59,462 bases of DNA from a virus. Shown piece by piece: positions 36,340-44,872 of the stretch (its first letter is position 1; each line of letters begins with the position of its first letter). The notes under the pieces are model-generated. The model saw only the letters and a program-made list of their open reading frames with translations. It made no database searches and was not told the origin of the DNA. The DNA is taken from the UHGV virus genome UHGV-1364420; one strand, given 5' to 3'. The translations under genes and the position numbers were made by a program.

Positions 36340-37263
36340 ATGAACTTATATCTTGCGGCTGTTTACACAAACGGATTTCGCAAAGGTCAGTCGACTTATC
36401 CAAAGCTGAACGAACGCGAAGCCGAAATTGTGGATACCATACCCAACATCTTGGAGTCGTACCACTATGTTAATCGTCAGAAATATGTCGATGAAATGCG
36501 GGCCGACGGAGCTCAGGTATTTCTTGACTCAGGGGCTTTCTCTGCTTGGAACATGGGAGCAACGATCAGCTTACCTGGCTATTGCAAATACATTCAAGAA
36601 AACGAAGACATTATCCGAAAGGATGATGGAGTCATTATGGCCTCTGTACTTGACGGAATCGGAGATCCCCTTCAGACTTGGCGAAATCAAAACGAAATGG
36701 AAGCCAGAGGAGTTACTCCTTTACCCTGTTTTCACTTCGGCGAGGATGAACGATATCTTGAGTATTACATGTCAAAATATCCCTACATTACCCTCGGAGG
36801 TATGGTCGGAAAGACTGTCGAACAACTTATCACATGGCTTGACCGAATTTGGGAAAGATACATCATTGACGGGGCAGGGCGCCCTAAAGCCAAATTTCAT
36901 GCCTTTGGGATCACCTCCGTCCGTGTTATGGAGCGATATCCTTGGTATAGCGTCGATTCATCATCCTGGATTCAATTCGGAGCTTATGGCTCAATGTTTA
37001 TCCCCAACGGGGTACCTTATCGTGTTTCAGAAAAAGCCGGAACCATACACGAAGCTGGCAGACACGTACTCACTCTTAACCCACTTGAAAGGGCTTATAT
37101 AGACAAGGTTATTGAAGAGAGCGGTTTTGAACTTGAGCGTTTAACCACAATATATGAAACTCGCGCCACCTTCAATATGTGGAGCTATCGCCAGATCGCA
37201 GATCGTATCAATTTAGATAAACACTCCCGCATATTCGAACCAACGATAATGGAGTTATTCTGA
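36340..37263 (+). CDS. dpdA: DpdA, tRNA-guanine-transglycosylase-like DNA 7-deazaguanine transglycosylase
   Basis: TGT-like fold. FLDSGAFSAW catalytic-Asp block matches the TGT LDSGGFQ block. Lies within the que cluster. Confidence 0.7.
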   Translation: MNLYLAAVYTNGFRKGQSTYPKLNEREAEIVDTIPNILESYHYVNRQKYVDEMRADGAQVFLDSGAFSAWNMGATISLPGYCKYIQENEDIIRKDDGVIMASVLDGIGDPLQTWRNQNEMEARGVTPLPCFHFGEDERYLEYYMSKYPYITLGGMVGKTVEQLITWLDRIWERYIIDGAGRPKAKFHAFGITSVRVMERYPWYSVDSSSWIQFGAYGSMFIPNGVPYRVSEKAGTIHEAGRHVLTLNPLERAYIDKVIEESGFELERLTTIYETRATFNMWSYRQIADRINLDKHSRIFEPTIMELF

Positions 37264-37427
37264 TGAGTGTTAAATTATTAGGTAAACACTTTCTTCTCTA
37301 TCCTATCGAGGAACTTCAAAGAATGTATGAGAACCAAAACATTATAACTCGTATTGTTCATATCAATACCCGCGAACCCTATCTTTCAATAGTTTTTATT
37401 TGTAAGGATGAAATGGAAGATGCTTGA
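37263..37427 (+). CDS. Small hypothetical protein (54 aa)
   Basis: TGATG coupling to the dpdA stop. Below the 60-aa track threshold. Confidence 0.25.
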   Translation: MSVKLLGKHFLLYPIEELQRMYENQNIITRIVHINTREPYLSIVFICKDEMEDA

Positions 37428-38382
37428 GGCACTTAAATTCGCATCATCGGCAGTGGGTAAACGTGCTTTTGTTCCAGGCACTACCCACTTTTTGATCAAA
37501 GATGGGATGGTCCGCGCCACTAACGGGGTTATTGCAATGGCTGCGCCTATCCCGTTAGCCGTAGAGTGCGCCCCGGAAGCAATCCCAATGGTAAAGGCGA
37601 TAGCAAACTGCGAGGACGCAACGCAGTTAACGCTATTAGCAAACGGTAAGCTACATATTAAGTCCGGAGCGTTTAAAGCCAACATACCTTGTACAGATGA
37701 AATATCCGCTCACGTCGACCCGGAAGGAGAGTTTTATGAAATTAACGGAGCCGAACTTGTCACTGCTGTTAAAACTGTTAGTCCTTTTATCGGCACTGAT
37801 GCTTCTCGTCGATTCTGTATGTCTGTACTTATTAAAGGAGGGTCTGCCTACGCCACAAATAACGTTACTATTGCTCAGTATTGGTTTGGTAGCCCATTCC
37901 CTCTTGATGTTGTATTGTCTAGTGAAGCTTGCGAAGCACTGGTTAAGATTAAAGAGGCACCAGTTCGAGCGCAAGTAACAAAGAACTCGATCACTTTCCA
38001 TTACGAATCAGGTTGCTGGATGAAGAGCACCTTAATGGAGAATGAATGGCCTTTAGAAATCGATCGCTTGTTTGAAGTTAAAAGTAACCCGACAACTATC
38101 GATCCAGTCCTTTTTGAGGCGCTTGCTAAGCTGAAACCTTTTGCTACGGATAGCGGCAGGGTTTATATCGAAGAAGGGGTGGTAAGAACCCATGCGGACG
38201 AAAGCGAAGGTGCATCTTATCGCCTACAAGATGAGTCTATTCGCGGTATATTTGCGTTAGAAATCTTAATGTTGCTAAAGGACAATGTGGACACAGCAGA
38301 CTTGACGCTCTATCCTAACCCCTGCACGTTCTTTGGTAAGAACTTACGAGGCATACTCTTAGGTCAAAGAGAAAGGGTATAA
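37408..38382 (+). CDS. DNA polymerase sliding clamp (DnaN-like)
   Basis: N-terminus MLEALKFASSAVGKRAFVPGTTHFLIKDGMVRATNG parallels DnaN LKPLQQVSGPLGGRPTLPILGNLLLQVADGTLSLTGTD. Further colinear blocks. 324 aa, immediately upstream of the polymerase. Confidence 0.5.
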   Translation: MKWKMLEALKFASSAVGKRAFVPGTTHFLIKDGMVRATNGVIAMAAPIPLAVECAPEAIPMVKAIANCEDATQLTLLANGKLHIKSGAFKANIPCTDEISAHVDPEGEFYEINGAELVTAVKTVSPFIGTDASRRFCMSVLIKGGSAYATNNVTIAQYWFGSPFPLDVVLSSEACEALVKIKEAPVRAQVTKNSITFHYESGCWMKSTLMENEWPLEIDRLFEVKSNPTTIDPVLFEALAKLKPFATDSGRVYIEEGVVRTHADESEGASYRLQDESIRGIFALEILMLLKDNVDTADLTLYPNPCTFFGKNLRGILLGQRERV

Positions 38383-38383
38383 A

Positions 38384-40348
38384 ATGAGAACAGATGCCAT
38401 TGGTTTTTTCTGGCAGGATTTGCCACCTCCTCCAAAAGTTAAGAAAGAAAAGATCAAACGCACGCCACCACCGCGTACTTGGGAACGTCCGGACTATTTG
38501 CCGGGCATTGACGAAGCACGACGGGCAGTTGTTAACATGTATACGGTTGAAGAACTCATGGAGGCCCAGAAAGCAGGTGAGCCACATGTATTCGATATCG
38601 AGTGTTATCCTAACTATTTCTTAATAGCATTCCGCAACGTTAAGACTCAGAAAGTTATCTACTTTGAAAAGTATCTTGGATGCGAATTAAATGTAGAATG
38701 GTTGAATTGGGTGGTTCATAACTTCTTATTGGTCAGCTACAACGGTCTTGGGTACGATGAACCAATCTTAACCCTTGCCCTTAATGGTGCAACTAATTCC
38801 GAAATGAAGCAAGCTACTGATCGTATCATCTTAGAAGATTGGCGTCCTAGCGACATTTTAAAAGAAGCAGGGCTAGATCGATTAAATCTTAACCACATTG
38901 ACGTCATGGAAGTGGCACCCGCTGGCGGTAGCTTGAAACAACGTGCGGGGCGTTTACATCGTAAGCGACTGCAAGATCTACCTTTCCCGCCAAATATGAT
39001 GCTTACCCATGATCATATGCTTATTGTGCGTCATTACTGTATCAATGACCTGGACGCAACCGAATCGCTATTCCTAGCTTTAGAAGATGAAATTCACTTA
39101 CGTGAAATCATGTCTAAGGAATACGGTGTTGATCTTCGTTCCCGTTCCGATGCACAAATTGCGGAGGACGTAATACGCCACGAAATACAGCGCATTACCC
39201 GCAAGCGCGTACAACGAGCAAGGGTGGAGCCGGGTAGGCGTTATAAGTACAACGTTCCTGGCTTCTTAGTTTATCAGACTCCTTTGATGCGTAGCGTTAT
39301 AGACTTAATCAAGAAATGCGATTTTGTTATTAGCGATAAAGGTTCTGTTGAATTACCTTGGCAGCTTAAAAACCTCCGTATCAATATTGGTAATGCAACT
39401 TACCAAATGGGGATTGGCGGCCTGCACTCAACTGAAGAAGCTGCCTGTCACCGATATGTTAAGGGGCGTAAAAAACGTGATATCGACGTAACCTCCTATT
39501 ACCCCAGCGTGATATTAGGGCAGAGACTGTTCCCCGAGCACCTTGGAGAAGTATTCCTTCGTGTTTACAAGAAGATCGTTGATAGACGTGTTCGCGCTAA
39601 ACATACAGGAGACAAGAAAACTGCTCAGACACTGAAGATTGTTATCAACGGTTCGTTTGGTAAGCTGGGCTCAATGTGGTCAGTATTATATGCTCCGCAA
39701 TTGCTCATCCAGGTAACCATCACCGGTCAGTTGTCACTCTTAATGCTTATTGAAGCTTTTGAGTTGATGGGTATTCCTGTTATATCTGCTAACACCGATG
39801 GTATTGTTATCGATTATGCAGAAGAACAAGAGCAGCTCGTTGAAACTATCATTAGTTGGTGGGAGAAGCAAACGGGGTTTGAAATGGAATCTAATTTCTA
39901 TCGAGCCCTATTCTCGGCAAACGTTAACAACTATGTTGCTATCACTGACGATGGTCATTTGAAATGCAAAGGCTGGTTTGCTGACTCGGGATTGTCAAAA
40001 AACCCGACAGGTGAGATTATCGTAGAAGCTGTAAGAGCTAAGCTGAAGGATAATATACCCGTAGAGCAAACAATACGCGAATGTCGCGATGTGCGTAAAT
40101 TTGCAGTAGTGCGCAACGTTAAGGGTGGAGCGGTTTGCAACGGACACTATCTTGGTAAGGTTGTACGCTGGTATTATGGGCCTGAAGATTCTCCTGAAAT
40201 GGTTTATGCTGCTTCTGGTAATAAGGTAACAAACTCAACTGGTGGTGTTCCGATGATGGAATTACCTGAAGAGTTTCCAGAAGACCTTAACCATGAAACT
40301 TACATAGCGAAAGCTAATAAATATCTTGAAATGATGGGGTATCAATGA
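38384..40348 (+). CDS. DNA polymerase, family B (compact, with 3'-5' exonuclease motifs)
   Basis: Exo I FDIE. Exo II YNGLGYD. Exo III YCIND. Pol motif A DVTSYYPS. Motif B KIVINGSFGKLG. Motif C SANTDGIVI. Confidence 0.75.
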   Translation: MRTDAIGFFWQDLPPPPKVKKEKIKRTPPPRTWERPDYLPGIDEARRAVVNMYTVEELMEAQKAGEPHVFDIECYPNYFLIAFRNVKTQKVIYFEKYLGCELNVEWLNWVVHNFLLVSYNGLGYDEPILTLALNGATNSEMKQATDRIILEDWRPSDILKEAGLDRLNLNHIDVMEVAPAGGSLKQRAGRLHRKRLQDLPFPPNMMLTHDHMLIVRHYCINDLDATESLFLALEDEIHLREIMSKEYGVDLRSRSDAQIAEDVIRHEIQRITRKRVQRARVEPGRRYKYNVPGFLVYQTPLMRSVIDLIKKCDFVISDKGSVELPWQLKNLRINIGNATYQMGIGGLHSTEEAACHRYVKGRKKRDIDVTSYYPSVILGQRLFPEHLGEVFLRVYKKIVDRRVRAKHTGDKKTAQTLKIVINGSFGKLGSMWSVLYAPQLLIQVTITGQLSLLMLIEAFELMGIPVISANTDGIVIDYAEEQEQLVETIISWWEKQTGFEMESNFYRALFSANVNNYVAITDDGHLKCKGWFADSGLSKNPTGEIIVEAVRAKLKDNIPVEQTIRECRDVRKFAVVRNVKGGAVCNGHYLGKVVRWYYGPEDSPEMVYAASGNKVTNSTGGVPMMELPEEFPEDLNHETYIAKANKYLEMMGYQ

Positions 40349-40530
40349 AACGTTATACAACCGTAGATGAATCCTTAGGTCTTGATGAAGATCGTATGGA
40401 TGAAGGTTTAAGTTTGCAAGGTGTTTGCGAATTAACAGATTGGTCAGAAGAGGAGTTCGACCAAATCAGTGACCTTTTAGTTGGTGAGAAAGTTAAATTT
40501 AATGATATTAGTGTGGAGCGCACCGAATGA
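40345..40530 (+). CDS. Hypothetical protein
   Basis: 61 aa. ATGA overlap with the polymerase gene. Confidence 0.3.
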   Translation: MKRYTTVDESLGLDEDRMDEGLSLQGVCELTDWSEEEFDQISDLLVGEKVKFNDISVERTE

Positions 40531-40931
40531 AACGAACTATTATCAGCATTTTTATTTCTCTACAAATTGAAGCAATCCGCCAAAACCTCACTCGTTATTA
40601 ATATCTGTTGACTTGAAGGAGTGTCAGGGACGATACTCTATACAGAAACAACAAGGTAGTAACCACATTATAATCTACCTTGTTCAAGTCTTATTAAGAA
40701 TACTCGTTTATAGGAGAATGAAAAAAAAATGTGTACGGGCTCGGGAAAAATTCCCGCTTATCAAGCTCACCTTTCTCCTCCGGCGTGATACCATATTTAC
40801 AGGTCACACTCGAACGAACGGCACAGGCTCTTACATGGCTCTTCCTTGCACTTATATCGATAGTCGCAGCGGCCCACCTTTCGGAGGGCCGGAGAGATAC
40901 GCCCGTCAAACGGACGGCCTATGTTCGCGCT

Positions 40932-43900
40932 TTAATCCGTCTGCAACAGTTTTAATGCCTCCTCAATGCGCTCAAGTCTCCGGCGCTGATAAGCATTCTC
41001 CATTACGCTGCACTCGTCCATCACCAACCGCCACTCGCTACCAGCCGGTATTGCTTCCTTGATAACGCGCGATCCTGCCTGGCGTACAAGAACCTGCGTT
41101 TCCTCAGAGACCTTAACCCCCTGCTCATCGTACTGCGCCGGAATGGTTTCGTACTCATCGTCCCATGACTCCACCTGTTCTGGCTGGGCATCCCATTCGT
41201 TATGGACAACCAAGGCCCATTCAGTAGCATCTTCCCCTGCGGCTGCAAACGCTTCAACGATATCTTGTGCAATGTAGCCCACATGCCAGCGAGCGCCATC
41301 CTCGCCTTTCTCCGCAATAGCCCAATCATACTTATAGCGTACGGCCGGAATGGTTCCCCAGATATCTAAAATCTTATCTGGGATTGCTTCTACTACAGGT
41401 TTGTGGTCTCTATCAGACACCACAGTTACTGCGTTCTGGGAGTAGATATTTTTAACGGTGTTACCAGACGAGCCGATATCCCAGGTATTTGTAGCGCTGA
41501 ATCCAATGTTACCACCAAAGACAATAGCCGAGGCGTTAAGGCCAAGGGAGGTTCCGTATGCGTTTATATCGGCGGATTTAGTGGTGCCACCTCCGACATA
41601 AAACTCAATGATGCGTGTACTTGTCGACCCAGCGTTATACCCGAAGCGCATTGTAGTACCACGCAGTGTAAAACTGCCGTTTGCGGTCAAGGCGTCTGCA
41701 GTATAGTCGCGGCGATAAGTACGTGCCGTGAGCGTTCTCTGGTTAATATTCAGAGCATCGCCAACGGCACCAACGACCGCATCAAGAACATACTGACCGC
41801 TAAGAGTTCCATCGGTTTTCAGGTTACGCTTATGAATGCGCACTTCCCCTGTATAGCCGGTAGAAGACCCACCAGTAATATTAAGAGGAACACCCATGAA
41901 AACGTATGGCTTATACGCGGCGGGTACGTCTACGGTTGTCCGGCCATTAGTGGAGTCAACCTCAACGACAGTTACGGTAAACTCCTTAGCGAAGAAGGCA
42001 CCGATGCTATTCCCGCCTTTGATGATTAACGGCAGATTCGTAAAGCCATAGTCCTCGTAAGCAGTGGTTGCGAACTTGTAATTTGTGTTCGCACGTTGGT
42101 GCGCCGTCCACGGATAGATAACATCCTCTGGCATGAAGATACCACCGCCAACCTTTTTGAACAGGTTGTACTTAAACCCGTTACTCGGATTGACGTGACC
42201 CCATACACATAAATCTGACGTCTCAGGACGATAATCCAGTCCGACAGGGAATACCGGAATACCGCCAGTGAAAGCCTGAACGGCCTTGAGAATAATGGGG
42301 GTGGTGTCAGGGATAATAAACTGCAAGGACTGCTGGCTGCCCGCTGTGCCAACGCCGTCATTGTTGTTCCATTTCAGGTTCTGGATAATCGCCATTTTAT
42401 ATCCATTACCGTAGTCAACTGCCATCTCCGCGCGAGCAAAGAAGAGGTTCTGGTTGTAACCAGCATCTGCGGAATTCTGGTCGATGTTGGCATTAGTCCA
42501 GATAGCGATGTTGGAAAGGTCGAAACTTCCGGTCAGGTCTTTGTACCAGATACAGATATTGCTGTGCATCGCCGGCGACAACACCGGTAGTTGCAGGATG
42601 CCATTCGCCGCCATCAGCCCATACGGAGAGAACATCTCCTTGGTGGTTTTGTGCCCGCGCAGGCTGTCAACATCAGGCGGATTAACGTAGGTACTATTGG
42701 TGTTGTACATCACACCATAGGTGCCGTATTTGAAGTCAAATCCGCCATGTGGGAATGCACCAATGTCATGTGTCGGACTACCGAAGCGAACAAAGTCAAT
42801 GCCGTTGGTTGATGGATAGGAGCCATATCCGGCTGGCGGCACCCAGTTCTCATTCGCATCGTAATACCCAAACGCACCAGCCTCGAAAGTCAGGTACTTA
42901 TAAGTTCGGTCAGGACGGTATTGTGAACCGATGCAATCGATATTTAGGCCGAATCCCTTCTCATTGCCATCATTCCACCACTGGTTCAGGATGGTGACAT
43001 AGGATGGGGTGTCTTCCATGTAGCACGCGGAGTAGACGGAGCCACGAGCAGCGGTAGCGATAACGGACTTGTTTGGTTTGCGTTCGGTCGGGTTGTACGC
43101 CGGGATACTGAGGTACGCACCAGAGCAATGGAATCCGTGCCCTGTTTCAATCAGGTAATAATCACACTGCTGGCCGCTGACCGAGCTAGCCCAACGCCCG
43201 TTGTTGGAGATAGTCCCACCAATCCACTGACACCAGTCAATATGCAATCGCACGCAGCAATATCGCGCGGTGCTAACGTACAAGTTTTTGAAGACGCAGC
43301 TATAGAAGTTCCCAATCTTCTCTGGCAGCAAACTGGACTTGTAGGGGACTATGCTGCTCGGTAGTACGCCGTCTTCGTCAATTCTAACCTGCATCCCGAC
43401 GAGGTTAACCCTAAAATTCTCTATACGGATATCTTCGAACGAACAATACCACGGGTTGAGAGCCAAAATGCCCACGCCGGAGGTGCAATCCGCGTCAAGC
43501 GTTCCGGGAACATGATCACCAATGACCTTTCCGCCAGTCATCTTGGTAAAACCGAGGCTTACCGACTCCCAGTAAAGTTTGTTTCCGAGCGCTGTGTACA
43601 CCTGCTCGACATCTTCTACGGAGTGTTCGAACCCGTTAAGGTATTTCCCCGTGACTTGGAACTTTCTGGATGCGCTGGCTTTAACGTATATGGTCGCAGC
43701 ACCAAGGTTATAGACAACATTGGACCGAAGTTTCGCAGCTTCTTTCCCGATACGCCACAGCCCGGATGAAATATTGAAGGTGACTACCGAATAAGTACTC
43801 TGGTCATTGATGTTGTTGCCCGGCTGCATCCACAACGGAATAGCACTGATAACTCCGTTGACTGCCTGCCCAAGACAGACAAAATTGTCTGTATCGAGCT

Positions 43901-44864
43901 GTGTTTCTGCGTAGTTGGCGGCTTCTTTCGCCCCGTTGGCTTTGGGACTTATGATGCCCATTCCAACACCTACCTGCAACAGATATTCAACGCCACTAGC
44001 ATTATAGATTTTCGCTTCGGTGATGACGTGAGTTCCAGCCTTTGAGGTATCAGTGTTTCCAGTGGCTACCCACGTACCCTCCCCACCATCATTAGGTGTA
44101 TAAAAGCCACGAACACGAATTGATGAGTACGTATCTGTCGAACTGAGCACGGCTGATACAGATGGCAGCCACTGACCGAATTGATACTGCACTTGCTGTC
44201 GGATATCATTATCGCCGATAGCCACAAGATGAAGTGAATCGCTCGCCCAGGAAGTAGAATCATTCCCGGTTGTCGCGAACGGAACATCAGTATCGGCAGC
44301 AAGTCGGTACGCCACCCCATTGTATACAGTTACCTGGCTGCGATTTGTAAATGTAACTGGCCCATCTACATAGTCAGCCAGCCATGAATAGCCCGAGGCC
44401 GCGAGCATGTCGTTGAATTCGTTACGCTGTTCTGTGATTTGTGCCGTAAACTCACTGCGCTGGTCAGATAACTGTTGATTAATTATCGCCGTCGTATCGT
44501 CTGCTGCATTTTGCGCCGCATTTACCGCGTCGTTCTTGGCCTGTAAGATCTGCGCAAGTATCTCCGGCGTCACCTCGTCCACGCCCGGTATCGTTAAGAA
44601 GTCCTCCAGTGTGCCGGGCACAGAATCCGTAAATATTTGTATTTGGCCGACAACAACCTGTGAGACGGAGTTTAAACCCATTGATACGGCATAAGTGCCT
44701 ATGGCGATGTCAAAGGAGTAAGACCCATCGGCGGATGTTTTTAGCTCCGTCTTCGTACTTATGATTGTTTCAAGATTCGTCCGCAGAGACGTCAAAGTTA
44801 TACCAACGTTGGCCATCGGCTGCCCATTGGCGTTTTTCAGAATTCCTGATATTAAAGTGGACAT
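40932..44864 (-). CDS. Tail fiber with a C-terminal peptidase S74-type intramolecular chaperone domain
   Basis: 1310 aa. The C-terminal about 150 aa (…HVGYIAQDIVEAFAAAGEDATEWALVV … RLERIEEALKLLQ) resembles the auto-cleaving chaperone domain of endosialidases and T5 L-shaped tail fibers. Confidence 0.6.
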   Translation of the reverse strand: MSTLISGILKNANGQPMANVGITLTSLRTNLETIISTKTELKTSADGSYSFDIAIGTYAVSMGLNSVSQVVVGQIQIFTDSVPGTLEDFLTIPGVDEVTPEILAQILQAKNDAVNAAQNAADDTTAIINQQLSDQRSEFTAQITEQRNEFNDMLAASGYSWLADYVDGPVTFTNRSQVTVYNGVAYRLAADTDVPFATTGNDSTSWASDSLHLVAIGDNDIRQQVQYQFGQWLPSVSAVLSSTDTYSSIRVRGFYTPNDGGEGTWVATGNTDTSKAGTHVITEAKIYNASGVEYLLQVGVGMGIISPKANGAKEAANYAETQLDTDNFVCLGQAVNGVISAIPLWMQPGNNINDQSTYSVVTFNISSGLWRIGKEAAKLRSNVVYNLGAATIYVKASASRKFQVTGKYLNGFEHSVEDVEQVYTALGNKLYWESVSLGFTKMTGGKVIGDHVPGTLDADCTSGVGILALNPWYCSFEDIRIENFRVNLVGMQVRIDEDGVLPSSIVPYKSSLLPEKIGNFYSCVFKNLYVSTARYCCVRLHIDWCQWIGGTISNNGRWASSVSGQQCDYYLIETGHGFHCSGAYLSIPAYNPTERKPNKSVIATAARGSVYSACYMEDTPSYVTILNQWWNDGNEKGFGLNIDCIGSQYRPDRTYKYLTFEAGAFGYYDANENWVPPAGYGSYPSTNGIDFVRFGSPTHDIGAFPHGGFDFKYGTYGVMYNTNSTYVNPPDVDSLRGHKTTKEMFSPYGLMAANGILQLPVLSPAMHSNICIWYKDLTGSFDLSNIAIWTNANIDQNSADAGYNQNLFFARAEMAVDYGNGYKMAIIQNLKWNNNDGVGTAGSQQSLQFIIPDTTPIILKAVQAFTGGIPVFPVGLDYRPETSDLCVWGHVNPSNGFKYNLFKKVGGGIFMPEDVIYPWTAHQRANTNYKFATTAYEDYGFTNLPLIIKGGNSIGAFFAKEFTVTVVEVDSTNGRTTVDVPAAYKPYVFMGVPLNITGGSSTGYTGEVRIHKRNLKTDGTLSGQYVLDAVVGAVGDALNINQRTLTARTYRRDYTADALTANGSFTLRGTTMRFGYNAGSTSTRIIEFYVGGGTTKSADINAYGTSLGLNASAIVFGGNIGFSATNTWDIGSSGNTVKNIYSQNAVTVVSDRDHKPVVEAIPDKILDIWGTIPAVRYKYDWAIAEKGEDGARWHVGYIAQDIVEAFAAAGEDATEWALVVHNEWDAQPEQVESWDDEYETIPAQYDEQGVKVSEETQVLVRQAGSRVIKEAIPAGSEWRLVMDECSVMENAYQRRRLERIEEALKLLQTD

Positions 44865-44872
44865 AATTTACC

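Noticed and set aside
36428-37102. 224-aa plus-strand ORF overlapping dpdA in another frame
   Set aside because: dpdA has clear TGT-like motifs in its own frame. The alternate frame has no features and no start context.
40613-41062. 149-aa plus ORF and 71-aa and 74-aa ORFs in the convergent intergenic region
   Set aside because: The region lies between the ends of two convergent transcription blocks. The translations are low-complexity, and there is no RBS. It is more likely a terminator or non-coding region.
41403-43769. Several 70-208-aa plus-strand ORFs inside the tail fiber gene
   Set aside because: They are antisense to a 1310-aa gene with a coherent domain structure. They have no RBS.
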